A stretch of DNA of 64,000 nt from Spirochaetaceae bacterium. Its GTDB lineage: Bacteria; Spirochaetota; Spirochaetia; DSM-2461. Positions 20,274-31,400 of this stretch are shown in pieces. Positions within the stretch are counted from its first letter, which is position 1; each line of letters opens with the position of its first letter. Position numbers and translations under genes: made by a program. Under the pieces are notes generated by a model. That model did not search any database and was not told the DNA's origin. It saw nothing but the letters and a program-made list of their open reading frames with translations. Location: contig OZ245056.1 of the NCBI GenBank assembly GCA_965224705.1, forward strand, positions 1,216,001 through 1,280,000, in the 5' to 3' direction.

Positions 20274-20512
20274 CCTGATGCAAGACGGCAAAAGCGGAGC
20301 GTAGCTGGGCTCCGTGAGCATTTTGACAACGCAGCAGCAGGGAGGCGAGTCGTAGACTCGGCTCCCGAAGAGAGCGCTGAGCGATAGCGAAGAAAAGCCG
20401 CCATGGAGGGCGGCGGAAGCGAACGAAGGCGGCCCTCCAGCAGCAAGCAGGAGGCTTGCTTCTGGAGAGAAGGGCAAGAATCGAGCCGTGAGGCGTAAGT
20501 CCGACAGACTCC
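20274..20512 (+). mobile_element. MITE copy (5'-truncated) carrying a ~125-bp hairpin-rich internal insert
   Basis: Matches 52496-52610 on both sides of the insert at ~20343-20466; ends AAGTCCGACAGACTCC. Confidence 0.8.
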
Positions 20513-20587
20513 ACGGAAATCCGTGAAATTTCTGAACTAGCGCTTGTGGACATTGCGCTTACTGCTACCCGCTGATATATTCGGCTC

Positions 20588-21421
20588 ATGAAGCAATTAA
20601 CCCTGACAGGCATGATGCTGGTTTTCAGCACGATATTCCTGTTCGCGCGGGGAATAGACAGCCGGAGCGGGGCAACTACGCTTGCGGAAGACATGGGGAA
20701 TGAACTGACTGCCGAGAACGACTTCCTCTGGGCGGATCTCGCCGCCCATAACGCAGAGAGCGCACGTTCGTTCTATTCCGCTGTATTTGGATGGAATTTC
20801 ACGGCGCATTCCGAATACTCACTGGGCTATCTATCGAATTATCCGATAGTCGGGATCTACGCAATGCCGCCTGAATTCAAGCGGCAATCGCTTCCAGCGT
20901 TCTGGATGAGCTATATCCGGGTGGACGATGTGCGGAAGGTGGTGAGAAATGCGCGTCGGCTTGGTGCCAGGATTGAATTCACAGATAATGCGAACGAGTA
21001 CGGTGCCGCGGCACTGATTCGCGATCCCTTAGGTGCGGGTTTTACCGTTATTGAGAGTAAGGAGAAAGCCTCCCGGCAACAGCGGGTACCGGGCGCATAT
21101 ACGTGGAATGAATTGTTTGTCTCGGATGCTGGTATTGCCATTGATTTTTATACGGCCCTGTTCGACTGGGAAATCGAGAGGCTCGGGTCCGATAGCTATG
21201 GTATCTACAATTCACTCCATGAGCATATTGCAACCATCCACGAAGTGCCCAACGATCTTAAGGGAGACTTCGAGTATTGGGCCGTTTTTTTCTACGTCCC
21301 CAACATTGACCTTGCCCTGGCACGGATAATGGACAACGGCGGCACTGTTCTTTACAGGCAGGACGGGAATGTACTTGTGGCCGATAGGGACGGGGCGGCC
21401 TTCTACATTACCGATAAATAA
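20588..21421 (+). CDS. VOC (glyoxalase/bleomycin-resistance) family protein, two domains, with possible signal peptide
   Basis: FYSAVFGW, WMSYIRVDDV, DPLGAGF, WNEL, FYTALFDW. Confidence 0.85.
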   Translation: MKQLTLTGMMLVFSTIFLFARGIDSRSGATTLAEDMGNELTAENDFLWADLAAHNAESARSFYSAVFGWNFTAHSEYSLGYLSNYPIVGIYAMPPEFKRQSLPAFWMSYIRVDDVRKVVRNARRLGARIEFTDNANEYGAAALIRDPLGAGFTVIESKEKASRQQRVPGAYTWNELFVSDAGIAIDFYTALFDWEIERLGSDSYGIYNSLHEHIATIHEVPNDLKGDFEYWAVFFYVPNIDLALARIMDNGGTVLYRQDGNVLVADRDGAAFYITDK

Positions 21422-21541
21422 TGCAGGAAAATGGATGGATTGTGCATTCAAAGAGAGTGGATATTGCTGCTGATCCGGCAATTGCGGCCATCAGAATATT
21501 AGATGCTTGCATTGGGCAGTCATTAAAATATATAATGGGTT

Positions 21542-23179
21542 GTGCTGGAAAAAATAACATTGACTTTCGCACAAAGTCTTGACGGGCAAATTGCAACCCT
21601 TGCCGGAGAATCAAGGTACATAAGCGACGAGGGCAGCCTGCATCTTAATCAGAAAATGCGCGGGGAATACGATGCTATTCTCATAGGCATAGGAACACTT
21701 ATTGCCGACGATCCCATGCTCACCTGCCGCATAGGCGAAAACTGCAACCCTCTTAGAGTCATCCTTGATCCCGCCCTTAGAATTCCCTTGAATTCACAGA
21801 TTGCCCAGAGTTCGCCAGACGTCAAGACGTTTGTCTTCTACAATAAGGCATTGCTTTCGGGCGAAAATTCCAGGGATTATCGGGATCGGATAAAGGCCCT
21901 TGAGCAGATGCAAATTATCGCGTATGGGGTTTTGGCCGATGGCGATGGCAGGCTCAATCTGAAACAGGTCCTTACTCAGTTGGGGGAATACGGGATAAAA
22001 AGCCTGATGGTTGAAGGAGGTTCGGCGGTGCTGACCGCCTTCGTCAAAGAGAATCTCTGGACTCATATGGTTATTGTCACTGCCGCGAAAATAATCGGCC
22101 GGGGAATATCCGCATTTGGTAATCTTGGAATAGAATTCCTTGATGATGTTATTATCCCCCGGGTGGAAGACATCTCCATTATGGGAAACGAGGTCTGCTG
22201 GAACCTGCTTAACACTGATGAAAAAAGCACACTGACCAGAACGGTTTACTTTACTGCTCCCGGCACAGTGGAGATACGGACAGACAGGCTGACGGTTCCG
22301 CAGGGCAGAAAAACATTGTTCCGATCGAGAATAATGGGTATCAGTCCGGGAACGGAAAAACAGATTTACCTGGGAAATTTTTTATCTGGCAAACCATCCG
22401 ATCCGACGATAGACTGCATGGATGGCGAGTTTACCTATCCATTCGCCTATGGATACATAAACATTGTAGAAAATGAAGCCGGGACAAGGTTCCTGGGCTT
22501 CCTGCCCCATACGGAACAGGCATTAGCCCATGAAAAAGATCTTTTTTTGCTGAAAGATGATCTGGATGATGAACAGGCGCTTTTCATACCTCATCTGGAA
22601 ACGGCCATATCGATTATACACGACAGTCAGCCAAACCTGGGCGACCGTGTTCTGATTGTGGGAGCCGGTGTCATTGGAACCCTGACCAGCCGTATCCTTG
22701 GAAAAATAATGGGCGTAGACAACCTGGTGTTTGATATTGACCCAAAAAAGAAGCTCTGGTTTCCTGATGGCAATTTCTGCTATGATGCTGAGCAGCTTGC
22801 AGCAGATCAGTTTGATCTGTGCATTGAGGCCAGCGGATCGCCGCAGGGTCTGCAAACCTGCATGGAATACAGCGGACATGAGGGGACGGTAACCGTGGCA
22901 AGCTGGTACGGAGAACTGGAAATACCTCTTAACATGGGTAGCAGTTTTCACTGGAAACGGTTAAAATTGATCAGCAGCCAGGTTTCCAATATGTCACCCC
23001 TAAGGAGCAGCCACTGGAACAAGGCAAGAAGGCTAAGGGTCGCCGCCGATCTCGCGGCAAAGGTAGAAACACAGGACCTGCTGACCCATCGATTCCCTTT
23101 CAGTCAGGCGGTCCGTGCGTACCAATTGCTTGAAAGCAAAGAAAGATATGGCCTGATTGCGTTGGTCCCTGGCAGTTGA
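21542..23179 (+). CDS. RibD C-terminal reductase fused to an MDR (zinc-binding dehydrogenase-like) domain
   Basis: AQSLDGQIA, DAILIGIGT, MVEGG; then GISPGTE, GAGVIG, IEASG, SWYG, LISSQV. No deaminase domain. Confidence 0.85.
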   Translation: MLEKITLTFAQSLDGQIATLAGESRYISDEGSLHLNQKMRGEYDAILIGIGTLIADDPMLTCRIGENCNPLRVILDPALRIPLNSQIAQSSPDVKTFVFYNKALLSGENSRDYRDRIKALEQMQIIAYGVLADGDGRLNLKQVLTQLGEYGIKSLMVEGGSAVLTAFVKENLWTHMVIVTAAKIIGRGISAFGNLGIEFLDDVIIPRVEDISIMGNEVCWNLLNTDEKSTLTRTVYFTAPGTVEIRTDRLTVPQGRKTLFRSRIMGISPGTEKQIYLGNFLSGKPSDPTIDCMDGEFTYPFAYGYINIVENEAGTRFLGFLPHTEQALAHEKDLFLLKDDLDDEQALFIPHLETAISIIHDSQPNLGDRVLIVGAGVIGTLTSRILGKIMGVDNLVFDIDPKKKLWFPDGNFCYDAEQLAADQFDLCIEASGSPQGLQTCMEYSGHEGTVTVASWYGELEIPLNMGSSFHWKRLKLISSQVSNMSPLRSSHWNKARRLRVAADLAAKVETQDLLTHRFPFSQAVRAYQLLESKERYGLIALVPGS

Positions 23180-23601
23180 TTATGTATAAAGTCAGTGTTG
23201 TCGGTTTTTTTTCGGCCATCCATTCTCTTGCCGGGGATGTCCCGGAACGGGAAAAAGTGCCCCATCCCCATGATTACAAACTGGAATGGATTCTGGACAT
23301 AGACCAGCTGGATGAACGCGGTTTCTCGCTGGATATAAGCCTTCTTGAAAAACTGCGGGATGCGGTGTTTGCCGATATTGAAGGGAAGAACCTTAATGCG
23401 CATGAGTATTTTGATCATAAACCGGTCAGCCTGGAAAATCTATGTGATTTTATTTATGGGCATTTATTCAAAGAACTGGCCCAGCGGATACAAGATGGGG
23501 ATATGAAACGCATTTCCTGTATGGAAATCCGTGTTTGGGAGAATGAACAGGCATGGGCAGGCATACGGCGAGAAGGAGAACAGATTGCAGGCGGCAGATA
23601 A
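23176..23601 (+). CDS. 6-pyruvoyl-tetrahydropterin synthase-like T-fold protein (no catalytic Cys)
   Basis: FSAIHSL...EKVPHPHDY, SLENL, VWENE; lacks the QueD CxxxHGH motif. Confidence 0.85.
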   Translation: MIMYKVSVVGFFSAIHSLAGDVPEREKVPHPHDYKLEWILDIDQLDERGFSLDISLLEKLRDAVFADIEGKNLNAHEYFDHKPVSLENLCDFIYGHLFKELAQRIQDGDMKRISCMEIRVWENEQAWAGIRREGEQIAGGR

Positions 23602-23620
23602 TCAACACCGGAATATTATA

Positions 23621-24235
23621 ATGTCTTCCCAGGCGAAACTGCCGACAGAATTTGGAACGTTTACCATTGTGGGCTTTCTTGAACAGGATTTCGGCAAGGA
23701 ACATTCCGCCATTATCAAGGGCAATATCCATGACGGAGAAGACGTGCCCTGCCGCATTCACTCCGAATGCCACACCGGCGATGTCCTGGGTTCCCTGCGC
23801 TGTGATTGTCGGAAACAGCTTGAAACAGCCCTGCGCTTCATTGAGGCGAATGGTCAGGGCCTTGTTATCTATCTTAGACAGGAAGGCCGAGGCATTGGTC
23901 TGGTAAACAAAATCAACGCTTACCGGCTGCAGGAGGAGGGACTGGACACCGTTGAAGCCAATGAGAAACTTGGACTGCCCCCGGAAGCAAGAAATTATAC
24001 GTTTGCGGCTAGAATACTTAAACTGCTCAACGTAAAGTCCATCAAACTTTTAAGCAACAATCCTGCCAAATTCATGGGCTTGCAGGAGGAGGGAATCAAA
24101 ATTATGGGCCGAATCCCGATTACAATGGAACCGAACAGTTTTAACCGCGACTACCTGCATACCAAAAAGACTAAAATGCATCATAGTTTTGATGACTCAG
24201 AAGAATTTCTTGTTATACAAAGTCATCAGGAATAA
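23621..24235 (+). CDS. ribA: GTP cyclohydrolase II
   Basis: RIHSECHTGDVLGSLRCDC, QEGRGIGL, LLSNNP. Confidence 0.95.
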   Translation: MSSQAKLPTEFGTFTIVGFLEQDFGKEHSAIIKGNIHDGEDVPCRIHSECHTGDVLGSLRCDCRKQLETALRFIEANGQGLVIYLRQEGRGIGLVNKINAYRLQEEGLDTVEANEKLGLPPEARNYTFAARILKLLNVKSIKLLSNNPAKFMGLQEEGIKIMGRIPITMEPNSFNRDYLHTKKTKMHHSFDDSEEFLVIQSHQE

Positions 24236-25261
24236 TCACAGGCCGTTTGAAAGCAGATCCTCCAATGCGGTTATGACCGGCTGAAAGGTTTCCTGCCACA
24301 GCGGGTGGGCCTGCCAGCTCTGCCGTGCATTGCAGCTCAAATGATTTTTCCAGTCAGGGTTTTCATAAACCTGAACAAGGATGCTGACTATTTCCAGACG
24401 TTTCCTGGGATTGACCAAAAAGCCGTTTTCACCATGCCGGATAATTTCACTGGCACCGCCGGATATGCCGGCAACCGGAATAACACCATGCTCCATCGCT
24501 TCAATATAGGCTATGCCGTAACCTTCATGCGAGGAAGGCATGAGCATAAGATCGGCGTTCTCCAAAACTTTCTTTTTTTGATCATTTGACACAAGCCCCT
24601 TCAGGACCACCCGGTCTTCCAGCCTGCAGCGTTTTACCAGTCTTTTTATCCTTCTGGTATAGGCCGGTTCAACGGTGTCATCCCCGGCAATGGTGAAGGT
24701 AAAGGGTATATCCGGCAGTTCCGATAATGCCGATAACACATAGTGCATCCCCTTTCGCGGTATAAGATTGCCCAAAAAAAGCAGTTTGAGCGGACCGGGA
24801 TTTCTGCCTGGTTTTCTGCTGATGCCGGTATTCGTGCGTCCAGGAATCGCTACTGCAAAGGGCCCCCTGTAGCGGCCCTTGTTTCTTGCCGATTCTCCGG
24901 TGGACTGTGAGTTGAATACGGCAAAATCCATGGCCTTCAAGAATTTTCGCTCCATAATGCAATGCTTTAGTCTGTCAAAAAAAGGCAGTGCTTCATCGGC
25001 TGCAAGGTGATGAAGCATAGCGACAAGGGGAACATCGGCGCGCAGCCTTTTAAAATGCTTTGTTCTGAAGAAATCGGGGTGACATAACTCGTCAATAATA
25101 TACATGTCGGTTTCCGCGCGGCCTGTCTCTTTATCGCTTGCTCTGGAGACGGTCACATTGTGTCCACGGGTTTTCAGGGCCTGAATGAACTGTCTATCGT
25201 AATAGTAACCGCCGGAAGTTTGATTTATGTCTCCGTCGACAATGAATTCTATACTGGACAT
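24236..25261 (-). CDS. Glycosyltransferase family 4
   Basis: SGGYYYDR N-terminus, GNLIPRKG, EGYGIAYIEA. Confidence 0.9.
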   Translation of the reverse strand: MSSIEFIVDGDINQTSGGYYYDRQFIQALKTRGHNVTVSRASDKETGRAETDMYIIDELCHPDFFRTKHFKRLRADVPLVAMLHHLAADEALPFFDRLKHCIMERKFLKAMDFAVFNSQSTGESARNKGRYRGPFAVAIPGRTNTGISRKPGRNPGPLKLLFLGNLIPRKGMHYVLSALSELPDIPFTFTIAGDDTVEPAYTRRIKRLVKRCRLEDRVVLKGLVSNDQKKKVLENADLMLMPSSHEGYGIAYIEAMEHGVIPVAGISGGASEIIRHGENGFLVNPRKRLEIVSILVQVYENPDWKNHLSCNARQSWQAHPLWQETFQPVITALEDLLSNGL

Positions 25262-25311
25262 GAGGAAATAATAGATTTTGCGGCTTCAATGTGTCAAAGG
25301 CTGGAGAAATC

Positions 25312-25520
25312 ATGTATCGCAAGGAAAAACTCCAGATATCGGATCGGGAAGTGGTCAGCCAAATTGAAGAAAACCCTTATTGGCAATATTTTCTGGGCTA
25401 TGAACACTTCACGGAGGAAAACAGGAGGCAGGTCAGTAGAGCTGTATCAGAACTCGTCTTAAGCGGGTTTTCCGCCTTGTCGGCGAACTGAATCCTTCGT
25501 TCTGACACAGCCCCAATAAT
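25312..25520 (+). pseudogene. IS5-family transposase remnant
   Basis: MYRKEK joined directly to ISDREVVSQIEENPYWQYFLG; internally deleted. Confidence 0.7.
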
Positions 25521-25635
25521 TTTGACACCAAGCGACCCCCTATAGGGGAACCTCTAAAGCTATGACTTGCAGGCTCTGCTGATGAGCGCGGGATTAAATT
25601 CCCAACAGTGCTTATTCTAGGACCTAAGGTTTTAA

Positions 25636-26607
25636 TTATGCTTCCAGCGATATAATTATTTTACCCCTATGCTTTCCTTCTCCAAAATACTGTATTAATT
25701 CAGGGGTTTCACTCAATTTGTAGGGGCCATCAATAACAGGTTTGATTTTTCCCGACTCATAGAGTTCATTGATATACGACAGGTCCTTATTCGGCTTCAA
25801 TGCAACAACAGCCATGCTTTTCTTATAGAATTTTGAAATCCATGGTTTTAGCAAGACCACCTGGAGAAGTCGATTTAAGCTGCCTCCAACTGTGACATAT
25901 TTTCCATGTGCTGAGAGAGAACGGATATAGTCAAATGGGGATCGAGTTGTCTTGGTGTCCAGGATAAGATCATAACACTGCCCGTTTTTAGTAAAGTCGT
26001 TTTTCTTATAATCAATGACTTGATCAAAACCTATTGATGACATCATCCTCAATTTATCCCCAGTATCCACACCTGTAACTTCCGCGCAATATAATTTGGC
26101 GATATTCAGGCCGAAAGTACCCACACCTCCCCCAGCTCCGTTAATCAGGATTTTTTGATTTTTTTGAATTTTTCCAACATCAATCAGCCCCTGTACCGCT
26201 AGCATTGATGCGTGTGAAATTGATGCGGCTTCATCAAAGCTCATTTGTGCGGGCTTATGAACTAAGGCCCGTTCGTCGATGCAGACATACTCGGCGAAAG
26301 CGCCAAAACCATATTCAGAAATATCACCATACACCGCGTCTCCTGTCTTAAACTTCCTTGCATTATGACCAAGTGCTTCAATGACTCCGGACAGTTCCAT
26401 CCCTGGAATTTTTTTCTTTGGCTTCGTTAAGCCAAACATAAGGCGATACAAATATGGTTTGCCCCTCATCAAACTCCAGTCGTAGTCATTTATGGCTGCG
26501 GCATGAACTTTTATCAATACCTCATGCTCTTTGGGAATTGGTTTGTCAATATCTTTTATCTGGAGTGAGTCCGGTCCTCCATATTTTGTCAGTACGATTG
26601 CTTTCAT
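25636..26607 (-). CDS. NAD(P)-dependent MDR-family (quinone oxidoreductase-like) dehydrogenase
   Basis: MKAIVLTKYGGPD, INGAGGGVG, GKIII. Confidence 0.9.
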   Translation of the reverse strand: MKAIVLTKYGGPDSLQIKDIDKPIPKEHEVLIKVHAAAINDYDWSLMRGKPYLYRLMFGLTKPKKKIPGMELSGVIEALGHNARKFKTGDAVYGDISEYGFGAFAEYVCIDERALVHKPAQMSFDEAASISHASMLAVQGLIDVGKIQKNQKILINGAGGGVGTFGLNIAKLYCAEVTGVDTGDKLRMMSSIGFDQVIDYKKNDFTKNGQCYDLILDTKTTRSPFDYIRSLSAHGKYVTVGGSLNRLLQVVLLKPWISKFYKKSMAVVALKPNKDLSYINELYESGKIKPVIDGPYKLSETPELIQYFGEGKHRGKIIISLEA

Positions 26608-26632
26608 AGTTTACACCTAAAACTCTAGGAGT

Positions 26633-26663
26633 GAGCCTCTTCAAAAACTCATCAAATTGAATT
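26633..26663 (+). repeat. IS-end-like repeat (inverted copy at 9368-9398)
   Basis: 30/31 identity between the two copies. Confidence 0.7.
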
Positions 26664-26769
26664 GTTTCGTAATCCGCATTTGAGATCACCATGGAAAAAG
26701 GGTACCATCCGCTACACTGTTTTCAACATAAAGAATACCGGAGGGCCATGAAGACCATATCAGAAATCA

Positions 26770-26910
26770 TCGGTGGAGAGCAAGCCCCCCGCCTGCGGCG
26801 ACAGTCAGAGTGACTAGAGGCCTGGCGCATCCCTGCTTTCTCGCAAGGTGCCTCCTACTTGATGGGCCGGAGGTGATAACACAAGTTATCCCCGGAACGC
26901 ATCAACAGCC
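26770..26910 (+). mobile_element. Possible IS110-family non-coding end without transposase
   Basis: Ordered motifs GGTGGAG, GGCGACAGTCAGAGT, CTCCTACTTGA, GGTGATAACACAAG, CCCGGA resemble IS110 leader regions from memory; not verified. Confidence 0.4.
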
Positions 26911-27081
26911 GTTAAATGATACTGGCTATAAGGAGAATGTGCACACAATCTGTGTCTCGTCTTTGTAACCAGGACCATTACCCCAAGGAATTAACTCATG
27001 GACAATCACCGCAATGTCTGTAACTTCGATTCCCATCCCGCCGCGAAGGTTCAATACATTTGGATTTACGAAGACTGTATC

Positions 27082-28318
27082 TAGTGTACAGTAATTTTTA
27101 ATATTGCGCATGTTCTATCACCCATGTTATACTCATTCATGAGGGTATCAAGGAGGGGGGAACATGGGAGTCAAATACAAAATTACATTAACAGATGAAG
27201 AGCGGAAGTACCTGACTGAGATTTCATCAAAAGGGACGAGAGCCGCTCGTACGGTCATTTCGACCAGAGCTATATTACTGCTTGATAGAGGGGATTGCGC
27301 TGAAGAAGAACAGTGGACTGTTGAGAAAGTGTCAAAAGCCCTGGGGAAATCAGTTCGCTCATTGGAATATCTGAAAAAGCGATTTGTCTAGGAAGGATTG
27401 GAGTCTGCCATTACGCGTAAGCAAAGAGAGACTCCGCCAGGAGAAGTTCGTTTCGGTGAAGATTTTGAAGCGAAGTTGATTGCATTGGCCTGTTCAAAAC
27501 CGCCGGAAGGAAGAACGCGCTGGACAATCCGTCTCTTAGCCGAGAAGGTTGTTGAACTGAATACTGCACCTTCAGTATCAACCATGACGGTATGCAAGAC
27601 ATTAAAAAAAACGAATTACAGCCTCACCTGAGCAAATATTGGAAGATTCCACCCGACCAGAATGCCTCTTTTGTCGCTGATATGGAAAAAGTTCTTGATA
27701 TCTATATGCTTGAATACAATAAAAATATCCCTGTCGTATGCATGGATGAATCCAGTGTACAGCTCATCGGAGAAGTCAGCAGTCCAATTCCCGCGAAACC
27801 GGGACATCCGCATTTGATGGATGATGAATACATCAGGAATGGTGTGGCCAATATTTTTATGGAAGTGGAACCTCCTGGAGGGAAGCGTCATGTTGAAATC
27901 ACTCAGAGCCGAACCAAAATCGATTGGGCCAATTTCATCAAGGATATGCTGGATACGCGGTATCCTGATGCTCAGAAAGTCATCCTTGTGATGGATAATC
28001 TGAATACACATTCAATCAGCAGCCTGTATCAGGCTTTTCCAGCAGAACAGGCTCATCGTCTTGCAAACCGCCTGGAAATCCACCATACACCAGAGCATGG
28101 GAGCTGGCTGAATACAGCGGAAATAGAATTAAGTGTCTATAAACGGCAATGTCTCAATCGCCGAATATCAACCATTGAACAGCTGGTTCAGGAAACGAAA
28201 ATGTGAAATCTGGATAGAAATAACTCTGCAAATAAAGTCGATTGGCAGTTTACCACCAGGGATGCTCGGTTAAAACTGAAAAGACTTTATCCGCAGTTTT
28301 AGGGTTTACGAGATGCTA
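27082..28318 (+). mobile_element. IS630-family element, inactivated
   Basis: CTAG at both ends; HTH orfA, A8 slippery site at ~27604, DDE motifs CMDE, VMDNLNTH, HGSWLN; premature stops at 27389 and 28204. Confidence 0.9.
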
Positions 28319-28461
28319 GTTGCACTTGGCCAGGTTTTCTAAATGCCCATTGTTTGGTACAATGATACTCATGGGATCCCCCTGAATTGGTAGTGGTTTA
28401 ACGTATTTGACTAAGAAGGGGGGTGTGGTAGAGATTGGACCACCTGCTGGGGAGATAGAAA

Positions 28462-31400
28462 ATGCCTGTTATTTACGATAATATAGATGCATACTTAGAA
28501 TCCGGGCTAAATAAAACACTTGAAAAATCATGGCGATCTGATTTTTGTATTGGGTATTTTAATCTGCGCGGATGGCGGAGAATTTCAAAAAACATAGAAA
28601 GCTTATCAGGAAATGATGAATTCCCGGCATGCCGCTTGTTAATTGGAATGCAACGTATTATTGATGATGATATAAGATCTTACTACTCAGGGGAACGGGC
28701 AGAGACTATTTGGCAAGGGGAAGTCAACGAACTAAAACGCAAAGCAGCCGAACAGTTTCGAGATCAATTGGTTTTGGGAAATCCAACCAATCAGGATGAA
28801 GCGGCTTTAAGAAAGCTGCTTGTCCAGCTTAGAGAAAAAAAAGTTGTTGTAAAACTGCACCTTGAACATACTCTTCATGCAAAACTCTACCTTGCCTATA
28901 AAGATGATTTTAACAGTCCCATAATTGGCTTTGTTGGCAGCTCTAACCTTACTCTTTCTGGAATATCAGACCAGGGGGAGCTTAATGTCGATGTTGTAGA
29001 ACAGGACGCCGCCAGAAAACTGGCTGCCTGGTTTCAGGATCGGTGGGATAAACGCTGGAGCTTGGACATATCAGAAGAATTGGCTCAAATAATCGAGAAT
29101 AGCTGGGCATCTGAGAAACTCATGAGTCCTTACCATATCTACCTTAAAATGGCGTATCATCTTTCCAGTGAAGCCAGAGCCGGAATTACAGAGTTTCAAC
29201 TTCCTAAAGTTTTTTGTGATGAACTTCTCCCTTTTCAACAGAGTGCAGTGAAAGTGGCGGCCCACCACTTAAACCGAAGAGAGGGCGTTTTAATCGGGGA
29301 TGTAGTGGGTCTTGGTAAAACTATTATTGCAACAGCTCTAGCCAAAATGTTTGAAGATGACTTTGGACTGGAAACACTTATTCTTTGCCCAAAAAACCTG
29401 GAGAATATGTGGGAGGATTATGCCCATAAATATCAACTCAGAGCCAATGTTATTCCTATTTCAAAGGCTCAGAACAAACTTCCCCATGAACGCCGGTACA
29501 GGTTGGTAATTATTGATGAAAGCCACAATCTTAGAAATCGGGAAGGACGCAGATATGCCGTCATTAAAGAATACATATCAAAAAATGATTGCAAAGTCAT
29601 TCTCGTGACAGCAACTCCTTATAATAAGTCATACCTTGATTTGAGCAGTCAGCTAAAACTTTTTCTCAATGAGGATTACAACCTGGGAATCAGTCCTGAA
29701 AAATACATTGACTCCATTGGCGGCTCTGTTCAATACAATGCCAAACATCAGAGCAGCGAAACCTCTCTGGCCGCATTTGAGCATAGCCCCTATTCTGAGG
29801 ATTGGTCGGAACTTATGCGGCTATTTCTTGTACGTAGAACCAGAAGTTTTGTCAAGAAAAATTATGCTAAAACTGACGAAACCAACGGACGGTGCTATCT
29901 GGAATTTAACAATGGAAACCGTTTCTATTTTCCCGAAAGACTCCCCAAAAAGGTTGAGTATAAATTCAACCCCAAAGATACTACAGACCAATATGCCAGG
30001 CTCTATTCAAAAAATGTTGTTGACTCCATTAACAAATTATCTCTTCCCCGCTATGGATTGGGACAGGATAAGTATAAGGGAAATAAAAAAGAATTTATTG
30101 CCACAAAAGAAGAATTGCAAATACAGGAAAACCTGGGAAGAGCGGGATCGCAGCTTATTGGCTTTGCCAGAACAAACCTTTTTAAGCGCCTTGAAAGCAG
30201 CGGGCATTCATTTATTCTGTCAATTAGCCGCCACATTCTTAGGAACTATTTATTTTTCTATGCCATCGAAAACGAACAGCCCTTCCCCATAGGAAAACAG
30301 GAAGCGGGTATTATTGACGAATATCTTTATACAGACAGTGATATGGAAGGTGATTCTCTCAACTCACTCTGCACTAATTCTAGTGAATACATGCAAAAAG
30401 CCGAAGAGTTCTACAAAAAACTTCACGACACAGACCGTTACGATTGGATTAGAAGTCAGCTTTTTTCTGAAACTTTAAAAAAAGAGCTGCACCAGGATTG
30501 TAAGCGATTAATGAAAATACAGGAATTGGCCCAAAGCTGGAATTCGCAGGAAGATAGGAAACTTAATGCACTTTATGATTTGGTCACTCAAAAACATGGT
30601 AAGGAAAAAATCCTTATTTTTACCCAATATTCAGACACTGCAAAATATCTGGAAAACACCCTCAAATCGCAAGGTGTTGAGCAACTGAAATCTGTTGATG
30701 GCAACTGTGAGAAACCAGAAACCGTGGCATACCGATTTAGTCCAGGAACAAGGATTGATTCAAGCTTGTCAACTGCACAGGGAATACGGGTTCTTATTGC
30801 AACCGATGTACTCAGTGAAGGACAAAATCTCCAAGATGCCCATATCGTCGTAAACTACGACCTCCCCTGGGCGATTATTCGCCTAATTCAGCGGGCGGGA
30901 CGTGTGGACAGAATTGGACAAAAGAACCCGGAAATTTACTGTTATTCGTTCCTGCCCGAGGATGGAATTGAAAGTATTATTAACCTGCGCAGTCGGTTAA
31001 GTCAGCGCATTAGTGAAAATGCAGAGACAGTGGGTTCTGATGAAGTCTTTTTTGAAGGCGATCCTATAAACATCGCCGATCTATATAATGAAAAATCTGG
31101 GATTCTGGATGAAGAAGATGATTTGGAAGTGGACCTTTCATCTTTTGCTTATCAAATTTGGAAAGATGCCATTGAGGAAAATCCTTCATTGGAAAAAAAG
31201 ATTTCAGAATTGCCCCGTGTTGTTTACGCAACAAAAAATTTTATTGCTCAAAAAGATGACAGTTCTATTGTTTATACAAAAACGGCTCATGAGAATGACA
31301 TAATGGCTTGGGTAAACAAAAATGGAACTATTATAACCAGTTCGCAATTGCAAATTCTGAAAGCCGTGGCATGTGAACCCGACGAAACGCCTTTGGAGCG

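Noticed and set aside
21542..24235. Canonical riboflavin or queuosine operon
   Set aside because: No ribB/ribE/ribH or deaminase domain, and the PTPS homologue lacks the QueD cysteine motif; no queC/queE.
28407..28435. Phase-variable G6 tract in a putative promoter spacer of the defence operon
   Set aside because: The -10 box is unconvincing and G6 is short; no supporting evidence.
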